Assembly (NCBI GenBank): GCA_016934315.1
Contig: JAFGSY010000021.1
Coordinates: 25,470 to 89,469 of the forward strand
DNA: 64,000 bases
Direction: 5' to 3'
Source of the DNA: Candidatus Anaeroferrophillus wilburensis
GTDB lineage: Bacteria; Desulfobacterota; Anaeroferrophillalia; Anaeroferrophillales; Anaeroferrophillaceae
The position numbers and the translations under genes are program-made. The notes below the pieces were generated by a model. It searched no databases. It was not told where the DNA came from and worked only from the letters and a program-made list of their open reading frames with translations. Below, in pieces: positions 1 to 9,764 of this stretch (positions are counted from its first letter, which is position 1; each line of letters starts with the position of its first letter).

Positions 1-580
1 GGCGGATGGCTTTTTTAATCAGATCCTGGAGCTGCATGACATGATAGGAGGTGGTTCGGGCGACGAAGGAAGCGCCGGCCGCTTCGGCCAGGGCCGAAAT
101 ATTAAAGGGATTTTCAATGTTGCCGGCCCGGCAGGTGGAGCCTTTGGCCCCATGGGGAGTCGTGGGGCTGTACTGGCCGCCGGTCATGCCGTAAATGTAG
201 TTGTTGAAAATAATCGCCGTCATATCAATATTGCGGCGGCAGGCATGGATAAAGTGATTGCCGCCGATGGCGGTGGCATCGCCGTCGCCGGTGGCGATGA
301 TAACGTTGAGCTTTGGTTTTGCCAGTTTCAGCCCGGTGGCAAAGGCAAGAGCCCGGCCATGGGTTGTATGGAGGGTGTTGAAATCAACATAGACCGGTGC
401 CCGACTGGAACAGCCAATGCCGGAGACAAAGGCGATATCATCCTTGGCCAGCCCCAGCCCGTCTATGGCCCGCAGTAAACCACTGAGAATAATACCGTTG
501 CCGCAGCCGGGGCACCAGATATGGGGAAACTTCTTATTGTGACGGCAGTATTTTTTGACCAGTTCAGAGTTGCTGATCAT
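1..580 (-). CDS. 2-oxoacid:ferredoxin oxidoreductase beta (TPP-binding) subunit; 3' end runs off the window
   Basis: My minus-strand translation from the ATG at 580-578 reads MISNSELVKKYCRHNKKFPHIWCPGCGNGIILSGLLRAIDGLGLAKDDIAFVSG...IATGDGDATAIGGNHF, which carries KorB/PorB-type Cys and TPP motifs. There is an ATGA start/stop overlap with the alpha subunit gene. Confidence 0.85.
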   Translation of the reverse strand, partial: MISNSELVKKYCRHNKKFPHIWCPGCGNGIILSGLLRAIDGLGLAKDDIAFVSGIGCSSRAPVYVDFNTLHTTHGRALAFATGLKLAKPKLNVIIATGDGDATAIGGNHFIHACRRNIDMTAIIFNNYIYGMTGGQYSPTTPHGAKGSTCRAGNIENPFNISALAEAAGASFVARTTSYHVMQLQDLIKKAIR

Positions 581-1722
581 CGTGCAGTCCCCTTGATAGC
601 TTTGATAATTTCCTCGGGGGTGATGATTTCCCCGTTGATTTTATTGATTTTTTCAACCACCGAATGGCCGGCGTTGACCCGCAGGACTTCCCGGTAGATC
701 TGCCCCATATTCAATTCGGGCACCAGCAGGGTTTTCAGTTGGGGCAGAAAACGTTCGAGGGCAAACCGGGGGAACGGCCAGAGGGTGCCGAATTTAATCA
801 ATCCTACCTTAATGCCAGCGGCCCGCAGCTGTTCCACTGCCGACTGGGCTGAGAGAACCATGCAGCCATAGGCAACAATGGCGTATTCCGCATCATCCAT
901 GTGGAGATAGTCCACCAGGCAGATCTCTTTGAAGCCCCGTTCAATCTTTTTGAACAAACTGATAATGTTTTCTTGCACTTCCCGGGGTTTACCGGTGGGG
1001 AATCCTTGCATATCATGGACCAGACCGGTGACATGGTAGCGGTAGCCATCACCGAAGCTGGCCATAGGCGAAACACCCATGGAGGTGCGTTCGTAAGGAA
1101 TATACCACTCGGGCGGCATGCTGGGTTTGATCCGGCTGACGGTTTCCACCATCGACCAGGGTGGCAGGTCAACCCGGGCCCGCATGTGGCCGATGACCTC
1201 ATCCATCAGGAGGATGACCGGATTGCGGTATTTTTCAGCAAAATTAACCGCTTTGATGGTGTAATGGAAGGCCTCTTCTACCGACGACGGGCAGAGAACA
1301 ATGATCGGGTGATCACCATGGGTTCCCCAGCGGGCCTGCATGACGTCTCCCTGGGAAGGGCTGGTGGGCAGGCCGGTGGATGGTCCGCCCCGCATGACGT
1401 TGACAATCACAATGGGGATTTCGGTAAGACAGGCGTAGCCAAGATTTTCCTGCATCAGGGAAAAACCGGGGCCGGAGGTTGCCGTCAACGACTTCATGCC
1501 CCCCAGGGATGCCCCGATAATGGCGGCAATGCTGGCGATTTCATCTTCCATCTGGATGAATTTGCCACCCAGGGCCGGCAGCCTGGAGGAGAGAATCTCG
1601 GCAATTTCCGTTGACGGGGTAATGGGGTAACCGGCAAAAAAGCGGACACCGGCGGCCAGTGCCCCTTCGGCCACCGCTTCATTACCCTGCATCAGCCGAT
1701 AGGCATGGGACTTGCTGCTCAT
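577..1722 (-). CDS. 2-oxoacid:ferredoxin oxidoreductase alpha subunit
   Basis: 381-aa ORF. The N-terminus MQGNEAVAEGALAAGVRFFAGYPITPSTEI is typical of KorA/PorA/VorA. It sits between the delta and beta subunit genes with overlapping stops and starts. Confidence 0.9.
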   Translation of the reverse strand: MSSKSHAYRLMQGNEAVAEGALAAGVRFFAGYPITPSTEIAEILSSRLPALGGKFIQMEDEIASIAAIIGASLGGMKSLTATSGPGFSLMQENLGYACLTEIPIVIVNVMRGGPSTGLPTSPSQGDVMQARWGTHGDHPIIVLCPSSVEEAFHYTIKAVNFAEKYRNPVILLMDEVIGHMRARVDLPPWSMVETVSRIKPSMPPEWYIPYERTSMGVSPMASFGDGYRYHVTGLVHDMQGFPTGKPREVQENIISLFKKIERGFKEICLVDYLHMDDAEYAIVAYGCMVLSAQSAVEQLRAAGIKVGLIKFGTLWPFPRFALERFLPQLKTLLVPELNMGQIYREVLRVNAGHSVVEKINKINGEIITPEEIIKAIKGTAR

Positions 1723-2015
1723 CAGACCGTTTCCTCCTTTGTCTTGCCGCTGGCTGTCTGTTCAGGTTCTTTTACCGTGATGGCAAAATCGGGACAGCGA
1801 AGTTCACACATGTGGCAGGCGATGCATTTGTCCGGGTATTTGGCAAAAACCCGGCGGTGCTCGTCCATCGCCAGGACCTGCTGGGGGCAGAAGGCAACGC
1901 AGATGCCGCACTGTTTGCACCAGTCGGTGAAAACGGTGATTTTTGGGAGTGCTTTTGTCGTTGCCGTCGCGGTTTTAACCGGGGTCGCCAGCGTTGTTTC
2001 AAGCTGTTTTTCCAT
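1722..2015 (-). CDS. 2-oxoacid:ferredoxin oxidoreductase delta subunit (2x[4Fe-4S] ferredoxin)
   Basis: 97-aa ORF with two CxxCxxCxxxCP motifs (CKQCGICVAFCP, CIACHMCELRCP). It lies directly upstream of the alpha subunit gene. Confidence 0.85.
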   Translation of the reverse strand: MEKQLETTLATPVKTATATTKALPKITVFTDWCKQCGICVAFCPQQVLAMDEHRRVFAKYPDKCIACHMCELRCPDFAITVKEPEQTASGKTKEETV

Positions 2016-2119
2016 TATAATGTTCCTTCATTGTTGATGCTGCAATGTCCATTCATACCTGCTTGCCTGAAAAATTAAAAGGGAAATATGGTTGCCAATG
2101 GCTGTCCCAGGACGGAAAC

Positions 2120-3535
2120 TCAGGGCGACTGCAGGCTATGCAGCCTTAGCATATTCGTACCGCCTTCCCTTGGCGTGGAACCTGCTATGACAACGATGTT
2201 TTCCCCTCCTTTCAGCCACCGGTTTTCTTTTAGAAATTCTTCCAGTGGGGTCAAATCACCGGCGATATTATAGCTCGTATCCAGCAGTACCGGGGTTATT
2301 CCCCAATAGAGGGCCAGCGCCCGCATCGTCTGTTCGCTGGGAGTCAGTGCGAGAATCTTCACCGCCGGGCGGAAGCTGGACATGACCTTGGCGGTCTGCC
2401 CACTTTTGGTGAATACGACAATGTACCTGGCATTAATTTCCGCCGCCGCATAGTAGGCCGAGTGGCAGATGGATTGTGAGAATTCTCTTATTGCAAAACT
2501 GCGGGATTCAACCGGGTTGAGGCGGAAGTACCTGTCCCTTTTCTCAGCCTCTTTAATGATTGCCTGCATCATGGCAACGGACTGGAGCGGATAGTTCCCG
2601 AAGGCAGTTTCACCGGACAGCATAACGGCATCGCTGCCGTCAAAAATCGCATTTGCAACATCCGATGTTTCGGCACGCGTGGGGATGGGGTTGACAATCA
2701 TTGAATCCAGCATCTGGGTGGCGGTTATGACTGGTTTGCCCGCCAGGAGACATTTTTCAATGATTTCCTTTTGGACGACCGGTACCCGGGAAGCAGGAAT
2801 TTCTACCCCCAGATCCCCCCGCGCTACCATAACGCCATCGGCTGCATGAATTATTTCCTCAAGATTTTCCAGCGCTTCCGGTTTTTCGAGTTTGGCAATT
2901 ACCGGAATTTTTGCACTCCCTATCAACTGTTTGAGCTGGCGGATGCTCTCGGCATCCCTGACAAAGGAGAGGGCGACATAATCGACGCCGTTGGCAAGGC
3001 CGAAGTGCAGATCTTCCTTATCTTTTGCTGTCAGCGATGGTTCTGATATGTGTACCCCCGGCAGGTTGATCCCCCGCCGGTCATAGAGACTGCCGCCGTT
3101 GACAACCTCGCACAGAACATCAGTAGCCGTTTTTTCCGTTACCTGCAGCTTGATCAAGCCGTCGTTGACAAGAATCTGATCGCCGATTGCCACATCGGTG
3201 GCGAGATGTTCATAACTTGTACTGACACAGTGCTCGTTGCCCTGGATACGTTTTGTGGTGATGGTGAACCGGTCGCCGGGATTTAAAATGATCGGCGGGT
3301 CTGCAAACGTGCCAATCCTGATTTTTGGCCCCTGCAGATCCTGGAGAATGGCCACCGGAATGGCCAGTTTCGCGGACAGCCGGCGAATCAGCCTGATTCT
3401 TTTCAGATGCTCGTCATGGGTGCCATGGGAGAAATTGAGCCGGGCAACACTCATGCCCGCTTTGATCAGTGTTGTGACTAATTTTTCCGAATCACAGGCG
3501 GGTCCGATGGTACAGATTATTTTAGCTTTTGCCAT
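2120..3535 (-). CDS. pyk: pyruvate kinase
   Basis: ORF 2120..3589. The likely start is MAKAKIICTIGPA at 3535. Canonical N-terminus IICTIGPAC...MSVARLNFSHG, plus MVARGDLGVEIP. Confidence 0.9.
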   Translation of the reverse strand: MAKAKIICTIGPACDSEKLVTTLIKAGMSVARLNFSHGTHDEHLKRIRLIRRLSAKLAIPVAILQDLQGPKIRIGTFADPPIILNPGDRFTITTKRIQGNEHCVSTSYEHLATDVAIGDQILVNDGLIKLQVTEKTATDVLCEVVNGGSLYDRRGINLPGVHISEPSLTAKDKEDLHFGLANGVDYVALSFVRDAESIRQLKQLIGSAKIPVIAKLEKPEALENLEEIIHAADGVMVARGDLGVEIPASRVPVVQKEIIEKCLLAGKPVITATQMLDSMIVNPIPTRAETSDVANAIFDGSDAVMLSGETAFGNYPLQSVAMMQAIIKEAEKRDRYFRLNPVESRSFAIREFSQSICHSAYYAAAEINARYIVVFTKSGQTAKVMSSFRPAVKILALTPSEQTMRALALYWGITPVLLDTSYNIAGDLTPLEEFLKENRWLKGGENIVVIAGSTPREGGTNMLRLHSLQSP

Positions 3536-3560
3536 GGTCAGTCCCGTCATCAAAAGACAG

Positions 3561-3923
3561 TTATTCCTCTTCCGGTTTGGCAGACACAATCCCTGCGGCC
3601 TCTGCTTCCCGCCTGGCGTTTTCCGCCTTGGCTGCGGCTTTGGCGGCTTTGCGGGCCAGTTTGTCGGCTAGCTTTTCAGCTTCTTCGGCTGCGTGCTCAG
3701 CCCTGGCAATGACTGCCGCCCCGGCGTCCGCAGAAGCTGCTGCAAGTTCCTGCACGTTTTTCCTGGCTTTTTCAGCTTCTTCGGCCGCCTCTGCGGCTTC
3801 GGCGGCTGTAGCAGCTTTGACTTTCTGTGCACTTTGGAGGATGTCAAGGATATGAGCCTGCTCACCGGCTTCTCCCTCTTCGGGCTCTGCAGCCAGGTCA
3901 ATATCCTCGGCCGCCATGACCAT
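3561..3923 (-). CDS. Ala/Glu-rich low-complexity (coiled-coil-like) hypothetical protein
   Basis: ORF 3561..3959 lies between the permease and pyk on the same strand. Composition is strongly biased (AAEAAEAAEEAEKARK...). The start is uncertain (ATGs at 3923 and 3917). Confidence 0.4.
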   Translation of the reverse strand: MVMAAEDIDLAAEPEEGEAGEQAHILDILQSAQKVKAATAAEAAEAAEEAEKARKNVQELAAASADAGAAVIARAEHAAEEAEKLADKLARKAAKAAAKAENARREAEAAGIVSAKPEEE

Positions 3924-6120
3924 TGCCGCCGGCGGTAAAAGGAGGAGGGTCTCCTCCATCGGGTTGCCGAGGGCGGTTATCCTTCAGGCGAAATGGCAGA
4001 AACACCAGGGCGGCATCGGCTGAATATGCTGTAAGGGTGTCCCTATCCTCTTGTTCCACCAGGACGGGTTCCGCTTCAATGCGTACCTCTTCAAGCATGA
4101 TTCGCAGACTGTCAAGGGTTTGCTCTCCGAATTGGGAGTCGTGGACCGCCAATAGTCGGATGCTGGCTTCGCTCCACTGTTCGCTGCGAGTCATCAAGTA
4201 GGCCATCAGCAGCATGAGCCGGCTGGTGGCATTATCCCACCACCAGACATCGATGGTGCAAGCCTCCTTGCCGGCTGCCAGGGATGACCATCGTTCGGTT
4301 TTGGCGTCCAGGATGACCAGGTTGCAGCCATAGAGGCGGGCGGCCCGCAGGTTGCGGCCGAACTCCTGATCAAGGAGATGGAGAATCCGGTTGGACGGCC
4401 GTCCGAGCCAGTTAAGCAGAATAGTGTTCGCCCGCAGTGCACCGATGCCGTAAGCCTGGGCTATCGCCTGGATGCCGGTTTGGAGATCGGGGGCGACCAT
4501 GACCAGGGCAAAGGCCTGGATGCCTTCTCTGGCAATGTCCAGCCGCAGTTGTTTTTCGGTTTCCTCTTTGATCCGCCGCATTTTGATCCCTTCGCCTTCG
4601 AGAATCTGAACGACAGTGCTCAAGCCGCTGCCGCCTTCGATCCACGAAGAAAACTGCAGCAGTTGGCAACAGCGTTCAGGGTTGTCGGAAAAGGCGAGAA
4701 TCTGGGGACGCCAGTCACGCGGATGTTCTGGTTCAGCTTCAGCTGCCAGCAGATGAATTCTGGTTTGCTGCAGGTGGTGTGACCGGCGGCTGTCCGCCCA
4801 GCGTGAGGGTCCTGCAGTGCGCTTGAGGTATTGAAAAATGGCAAATAAAACGGCAACGGCCACGATGCCGGCGGTCAGATCAACCGCCAGCATGGTGCCC
4901 AGGCAGGCCAGCGCCCCCACGAGGCTGAACCACTGGTGGAAATAGCGAAAACGGGGCCGGAAGGACGGACTGTGTGAACGGGCTTCGTAATAGGTGGCGT
5001 AATTCAACAGGCCGTAGGAGATGAGAAAGAACATCGACACCACCGGCGCGATCAGGTTCAGTTCACCGTAGGCAACGGTGGCGTAGGCGATGCCGGTGGA
5101 CAGCAGTACCCCCCTGCGGGGATTGCCGTTCGGTCCCGAACCTTTGGCAAAAAAAGTCAGAAAGGGGAAAATTCGGTCGGCAGCCAACGACTGCAGAATG
5201 CGGGGGGCTCCCAGAAAAGAGGCCATCGCCGATGACAGGGTGGCGGCAATCACGCCGGCCGTAACCAAGCTGCCGAAATAGGCAACTTTGTTCATGGCCG
5301 TGTAGTCGCTGGTCAGCACATCAGCCGGCAGGGCGGCGGCAAAGATTACCGAGGAGAGAATGTAGATGATGATTGAGAGGCCCACGGCGGCAAACGTTCC
5401 GGCAGGCAGACTTTTTCCCGGGTCTTTCAAGTCGCCGGACATGCTCACTCCTTGGGTGAAACCGGTGACCGCCGGGAAAAAAATAGCAAACAGTACCCAG
5501 AAATCCAGACCGGTGCGGGGAGCCGTCCAGTTTTTGGCCAGGAGGCCGGAATCCCAGTGCAAGAAGCCGCCGACAAAGAATGACAGGAGTGCCGCAAAGA
5601 GAACCGCCATCACCACATATTGAAACCGGGTGGCCCAGTCGGCGCCCAACCAGGCAAAAATAAAAAGCAGGGAGACCGCCAGGGCCGCGATAAGCTGGGG
5701 GAAGATGGTCAGGTCGGTAGAGATGAAACCGGCGATAGCCTCACCAAAGCCAAGGCAGTAGAAGGCAATGGAAACCGATTGTGCCAGGAAAAGGACAATT
5801 CCCAGTGCGCCGCCGAATTCATGTCCCAAGGTGCGGGAAATAAGATAATAATCTCCGCCGCCTTTAACTTTCAGGTTGGTGGTGATGGCTGAAAGGGAGA
5901 TGCTGGTCAGGACCGAAATGCCGTTGGCCAGAAGCAGGATCAACAGCGCCTGCGCCAAACCCGCATTGCCGACTACATAACCCAGCCGCAGGAAGAGGAT
6001 GATGCCTAAAATGGTCAGCACGCTGGGAGTAAATACCCCGGCAAAGGTTCCCAAGGTTCCTTTAGGTGCTGGAATCTTGTTTTCTCCCTGTTGTGCGTTG
6101 TTGACGGCCACTTTCTCCAT
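3898..6120 (-). CDS. APC-superfamily permease, cation-chloride cotransporter (SLC12)-like, with a large cytoplasmic C-terminal domain
   Basis: 740-aa ORF. N-terminal motif GTFAGVFTPSVLTILGIILFLRLGYVVGNAG...GGGDYYLISRTLGHEFGG, about 12 hydrophobic segments, then a soluble domain of about 290 aa. Confidence 0.8.
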   Translation of the reverse strand: MEKVAVNNAQQGENKIPAPKGTLGTFAGVFTPSVLTILGIILFLRLGYVVGNAGLAQALLILLLANGISVLTSISLSAITTNLKVKGGGDYYLISRTLGHEFGGALGIVLFLAQSVSIAFYCLGFGEAIAGFISTDLTIFPQLIAALAVSLLFIFAWLGADWATRFQYVVMAVLFAALLSFFVGGFLHWDSGLLAKNWTAPRTGLDFWVLFAIFFPAVTGFTQGVSMSGDLKDPGKSLPAGTFAAVGLSIIIYILSSVIFAAALPADVLTSDYTAMNKVAYFGSLVTAGVIAATLSSAMASFLGAPRILQSLAADRIFPFLTFFAKGSGPNGNPRRGVLLSTGIAYATVAYGELNLIAPVVSMFFLISYGLLNYATYYEARSHSPSFRPRFRYFHQWFSLVGALACLGTMLAVDLTAGIVAVAVLFAIFQYLKRTAGPSRWADSRRSHHLQQTRIHLLAAEAEPEHPRDWRPQILAFSDNPERCCQLLQFSSWIEGGSGLSTVVQILEGEGIKMRRIKEETEKQLRLDIAREGIQAFALVMVAPDLQTGIQAIAQAYGIGALRANTILLNWLGRPSNRILHLLDQEFGRNLRAARLYGCNLVILDAKTERWSSLAAGKEACTIDVWWWDNATSRLMLLMAYLMTRSEQWSEASIRLLAVHDSQFGEQTLDSLRIMLEEVRIEAEPVLVEQEDRDTLTAYSADAALVFLPFRLKDNRPRQPDGGDPPPFTAGGNGHGGRGY

Positions 6121-6702
6121 CCCTTCTGCTCATCAGAGTCCCGGCTCACCATGTGATGTTAGAATCTACCATAGCCTTTTCCTGCTGACCAGCAAAAAGG
6201 GCGCTGAAAATGGGTGCCGGGAGGTTGGCCGGCTGCCGGTAGATGACAGGGATGGTATGAGTTTTATTGTTTTTTATGTTGCGCTAGCATTTTTAATGCT
6301 TTTTTACTTGCCAAGAGGAAAACAAGGGCGTATAAACGGCCTACATAGTACTTTAAGTAGTAGCACACTCCTTCACGTTTCCCGCCACGTTGTTTTCTCT
6401 CACATCGTCCGCCACCGTAGAAGTTTTTTGCTGATTGCTTAAGTTCGTGGAGTACGGCATGAAACTCTCTGTCGGCAATCTTACCTGCATCATGAGCGAG
6501 CTCGAATTGAAAGACTCTCTTCCTTCTATGGCATGGTAGAAAACGCCCACATCATCAGTGCTCATTTCACAAACAATCCAGTAGCCACGTACTCTCAGCT
6601 GCTTATTTCCATGCAGTCAGCCATTGTTGCTGCATGACAGCGGCCAGGACGACAAAGAGAGTTTATCATCCTGGAGGTGGCTGCTTATCACAAGGAGTTT
6701 CC

Positions 6703-7962
6703 ATGAGTTTCACCGCGTTTACGTTCCACCCCCAGATTCAAACAGCCCTGGATGCTTGCGGGTATGAATCACCCACCCCTATCCAGGCAGAGGGCATTCC
6801 TCCGGTGCTTGCCGGCCGCGATCTTCTCGGTCTGGCCCAGACCGGGACCGGCAAGACGGCGGCCTTTGCCCTTCCTATTCTTCAACGGCTTTATGCAGGC
6901 CCCAGGAACAAAGTCCGGGCGCTGATCATTGCCCCCACCAGGGAGCTTGCCGAGCAGATTCATGAGTATTTTGGTAAAATGGCCGTTCACACCCACCTGC
7001 GGAGCATCGTTGTGTATGGCGGAGTCAGCAGACAGGCTCAGGTCAATAAAATCCAGCGGGGGGCGGAGATTGTCGTTGCCTGTCCCGGCCGCCTTCTCGA
7101 CCTGGTGAATGATAAGGTTGTCAATCTGTCGGCTGTGGAAATGCTGGTTCTGGATGAGGCGGATCACATGTTCGACAAGGGGTTTTTGCCGGATATCCGC
7201 CGCATTCTAAGAAATCTGCCCAGACAGCGGCAGACCCTTGTTTTTTCCGCCACCATGCCCAAGGAGATCCGTTCTCTGGCCGAGGACATTCTGACCAATC
7301 CGGTTACCGTGCAGATCGATCACGCCAAGCCGGTGGAAGGCATCTCCCATGTGTTTTATCAGGTTGAGCAGCAGAACAAAATCAGCCTGCTTAAAAAAAT
7401 TCTCCAGGAAAAAGATGTTGCCACCGCGCTTGTTTTTACCAGAACAAAACACAAGGCCAAGAATCTGGCCCTGCAGCTGCAAAAAACGGGCTGTAAAGCC
7501 ACTTCATTGCAGGGCAATCTGTCGCAGCAGAAACGGCAGCTGGCCCTTGATGGCTTTAAACGCGGCACCTACAATATCCTGGTGGCCACCGATATCGCTG
7601 CCCGTGGTATCGACGTGTCCGGGATTTCCCATGTGATCAATTTCGATATGCCTTCAACGGCGGAAACCTATACCCACCGGACCGGCCGTACGGGCCGGGC
7701 CAGCTGCACAGGGACGGCCTTTACCTTTGCTTCCTCCGATGACCGGACGATGGTCAGGGCTCTTGAGCGGACGCTCGGCAGCAACCTGGTTTATGAAAAG
7801 TCTGCTGATTTTCAGCCGACCTCCAGGATTGCCGGCGAAAACGAGGCAAGACAAAGACCGGCTCCAAGGACCGGAAGAGAGTTTGGCACCGCCCGCGGAA
7901 AAAGGAGTTCTCAACGCAGCCGGCCCGCGCTTTCGGCCGTCGGCTTGGCAACCAGGGCGTAA
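6703..7962 (+). CDS. DEAD-box ATP-dependent RNA helicase (RhlE-like)
   Basis: Motifs AQTGTGKT, PTRELA, DEAD (LVLDEADHMF), SAT and HRTGRTGR, with an Arg-rich C-terminal tail. Start chosen at MSFTAFTF within ORF 6634..7962. Confidence 0.9.
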   Translation: MSFTAFTFHPQIQTALDACGYESPTPIQAEGIPPVLAGRDLLGLAQTGTGKTAAFALPILQRLYAGPRNKVRALIIAPTRELAEQIHEYFGKMAVHTHLRSIVVYGGVSRQAQVNKIQRGAEIVVACPGRLLDLVNDKVVNLSAVEMLVLDEADHMFDKGFLPDIRRILRNLPRQRQTLVFSATMPKEIRSLAEDILTNPVTVQIDHAKPVEGISHVFYQVEQQNKISLLKKILQEKDVATALVFTRTKHKAKNLALQLQKTGCKATSLQGNLSQQKRQLALDGFKRGTYNILVATDIAARGIDVSGISHVINFDMPSTAETYTHRTGRTGRASCTGTAFTFASSDDRTMVRALERTLGSNLVYEKSADFQPTSRIAGENEARQRPAPRTGREFGTARGKRSSQRSRPALSAVGLATRA

Positions 7963-8073
7963 TATCATTAATACGGTTTTGGCAACAAAACCGCAATGCC
8001 GGGTTGTCTGTTGATGATCCGGTTCATTAAAAAGCGGTTCCCATCGGAACCCCACACAGAGGAGAAGTAGAAG

Positions 8074-8274
8074 ATGGCACAAGGAACAGTGAAATGGTTT
8101 AACGATTCAAAAGGTTTTGGTTTTATTGAAGAAGATGGCGGCAAAGATGTGTTTGTGCACCATTCAGCAATTCAGGCCGAAGGGTTTAAATCCTTGGATG
8201 AAGGCGCCCGGGTAACCTTCGACATCGTCGATGGCCCCAAGGGACCGTCTGCAGCCAATGTTGTTCGGCAGTAA
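8074..8274 (+). CDS. cspA: cold-shock protein, CspA family
   Basis: 66 aa. RNP1 KGFGFI and RNP2 VFVHHS in [33 protein letters not shown]. Confidence 0.95.
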   Translation: MAQGTVKWFNDSKGFGFIEEDGGKDVFVHHSAIQAEGFKSLDEGARVTFDIVDGPKGPSAANVVRQ

Positions 8275-8407
8275 GCATAGCGTCCAAATCACCCAACTCG
8301 GGTGATGCTTTGTTGCCTCCGGCGGTGAAGTCGGCCGGCAACGAGGTGCAGCTTAGGGTGCTATTGCCGGAGCTGGCTGTAACAGCTTATTTTCTTATGT
8401 ACGCAAT

Positions 8408-8441
8408 AAAGAGGGCCACGATTATCGTGGCCCTCTTTATT
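8408..8441. terminator. bidirectional intrinsic-terminator-like hairpin
   Basis: AAAGAGGGCCACG-ATTAT-CGTGGCCCTCTTT is a 13-bp perfect stem flanked by A-run/T-run. It lies between the convergent cspA and a small minus-strand ORF. Confidence 0.7.
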
Positions 8442-8460
8442 GGTGATGATGCCGTTGGCG

Positions 8461-8607
8461 CTACCAATACCGGTCACGGAGATATTTAATATCACGTTTG
8501 ATGGTGGCAGGGGAAACCTCCCTCTCTGCCATAAACCGGGAAGAGGGACGATCTGATTTCCCTTGGGGGGGCAGGTCCATTCGGTAGAAACGCTCGGTAC
8601 AATCCAT
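8461..8607 (-). pseudogene. 48-codon remnant resembling the N-terminal HTH of DeoR/YafY(WYL)-type regulators
   Basis: My translation reads MDCTERFYRMDLPPQGKSDRPSSRFMAEREVSPATIKRDIKYLRDRYW*. The segment VSxxTIxRDIxxLR is HTH-like, and the ORF stops right after the HTH. It is too short for the ORF track. Confidence 0.3.
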
Positions 8608-8723
8608 GCATGCCACCTCCAGGATACTTTTTGCGTGACTATAACATTATTTTATTGTAATAGCCATATTTATATTATGGTTTATGATCTTTAAAAAAAT
8701 GTGCCTGAGAGAGGAGGGGGAGG

Positions 8724-9590
8724 ATGAATGCCCGTGAGTATATCGTTGCCCGCCAGATCAGCTGGGCCGAGAATCGGGGCCTGAGGCTGATCGGCAGCCT
8801 GGGAGTCAAAGGGCGCAAGGCCTATACCGAATGCCTGGCTGATAATCTTTTTGAACCCCTGATGCCGGAGGTGCGCAACAGTTTGTTGGCCGGCGACGGC
8901 AATGAGTTGGGGGCTGATCCCCACCGGCCGGCAAAAATGCAGGCGGTCCACTCCTCTGCCGCCATTGGTATCAACCTGTTCCAGTATTGGCAAAAGATCG
9001 ATCAGGCGCCGGTGATGGCGGCTGCCTGCGGCTTCTGCAACAAGGGTAACTGTACGTCTGAAAGAATTGTCTTTGAGGATAAGTATCCCATCGATTGTTC
9101 CCTGCCTGCAGCTCCCAACATCGATATGGTTTTTCACAATGCTTCCAGTTTCAGATACCAGCGGTTTGCCGTTGAGTGCAGGTTTGCCGAGGCTTATGGT
9201 GGCCGCCAGCATGGCGGTCTCAAACCAGTTTATCTGGAACTGGCAGATCTCTGGCAGGACATTCCCCGGCTTAAGGAACTGGCGCAAGCTATCAGTCCTG
9301 ATGACAAAACGTTCAGCCACCTGCATGCCGCCCAGTTGATCAAGCATATTCTGGGTCTGAAAAAGGCTTTCGGCAGGACCGGTTTCCGGCTGCTCTACCT
9401 GTGGTATGACGCCCTGGGCAAGGAAGGCCATGACCACCGGCGTGAAATCTGCCGTTTTGCCAAAACCACCATTGCTGACGGGATCAAATTCCACGCCCTG
9501 TCATATCAGGACCTCATTGGCAAGTTGGTCCAGGAACACCGGAGCGGGCATCCCGTCTACATTGGCTATATCAGTGGCCGGTATTGGTGA
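8724..9590 (+). CDS. hypothetical protein, possible PD-(D/E)XK nuclease fold
   Basis: 288-aa ORF. VHSSAAIGINLFQYW, then NIDMVF and AVECRFAE, resemble the D...E-x-K core of restriction-endonuclease-like families (here ECR). An AT-rich upstream region gives way to higher GC inside the ORF. The opposite-strand ORF 8691..9494 was judged a shadow. Confidence 0.55.
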   Translation: MNAREYIVARQISWAENRGLRLIGSLGVKGRKAYTECLADNLFEPLMPEVRNSLLAGDGNELGADPHRPAKMQAVHSSAAIGINLFQYWQKIDQAPVMAAACGFCNKGNCTSERIVFEDKYPIDCSLPAAPNIDMVFHNASSFRYQRFAVECRFAEAYGGRQHGGLKPVYLELADLWQDIPRLKELAQAISPDDKTFSHLHAAQLIKHILGLKKAFGRTGFRLLYLWYDALGKEGHDHRREICRFAKTTIADGIKFHALSYQDLIGKLVQEHRSGHPVYIGYISGRYW

Positions 9591-9764
9591 GGTGATCATT
9601 TGTTGTGCATAATTGAGAGAGCTGGGGATCATTGTCTCTAGAGAAACGCCCGGGCAACCCCCGGGGAGTTTTTCTGGTACATTTTTCGATTGCCATTAAC
9701 TCTGAATCCGAGTTTCGGTGATTGGGGCAAAATTTGGTAAAATTTTTAGGGAGAAGGAGAAAAA

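Noticed and set aside
41-478. 145-aa plus-strand ORF at the window start
   Set aside because: It is antisense to the clearly recognisable KorB-type beta subunit gene (minus strand). Gly/Ala-rich shadow ORFs like this are typical of GC-rich DNA.
6353-6565. 70-aa minus-strand ORF in the permease/helicase intergenic region
   Set aside because: It has no recognisable motif or RBS and lies in an AT-richer divergent promoter region. The evidence is insufficient.
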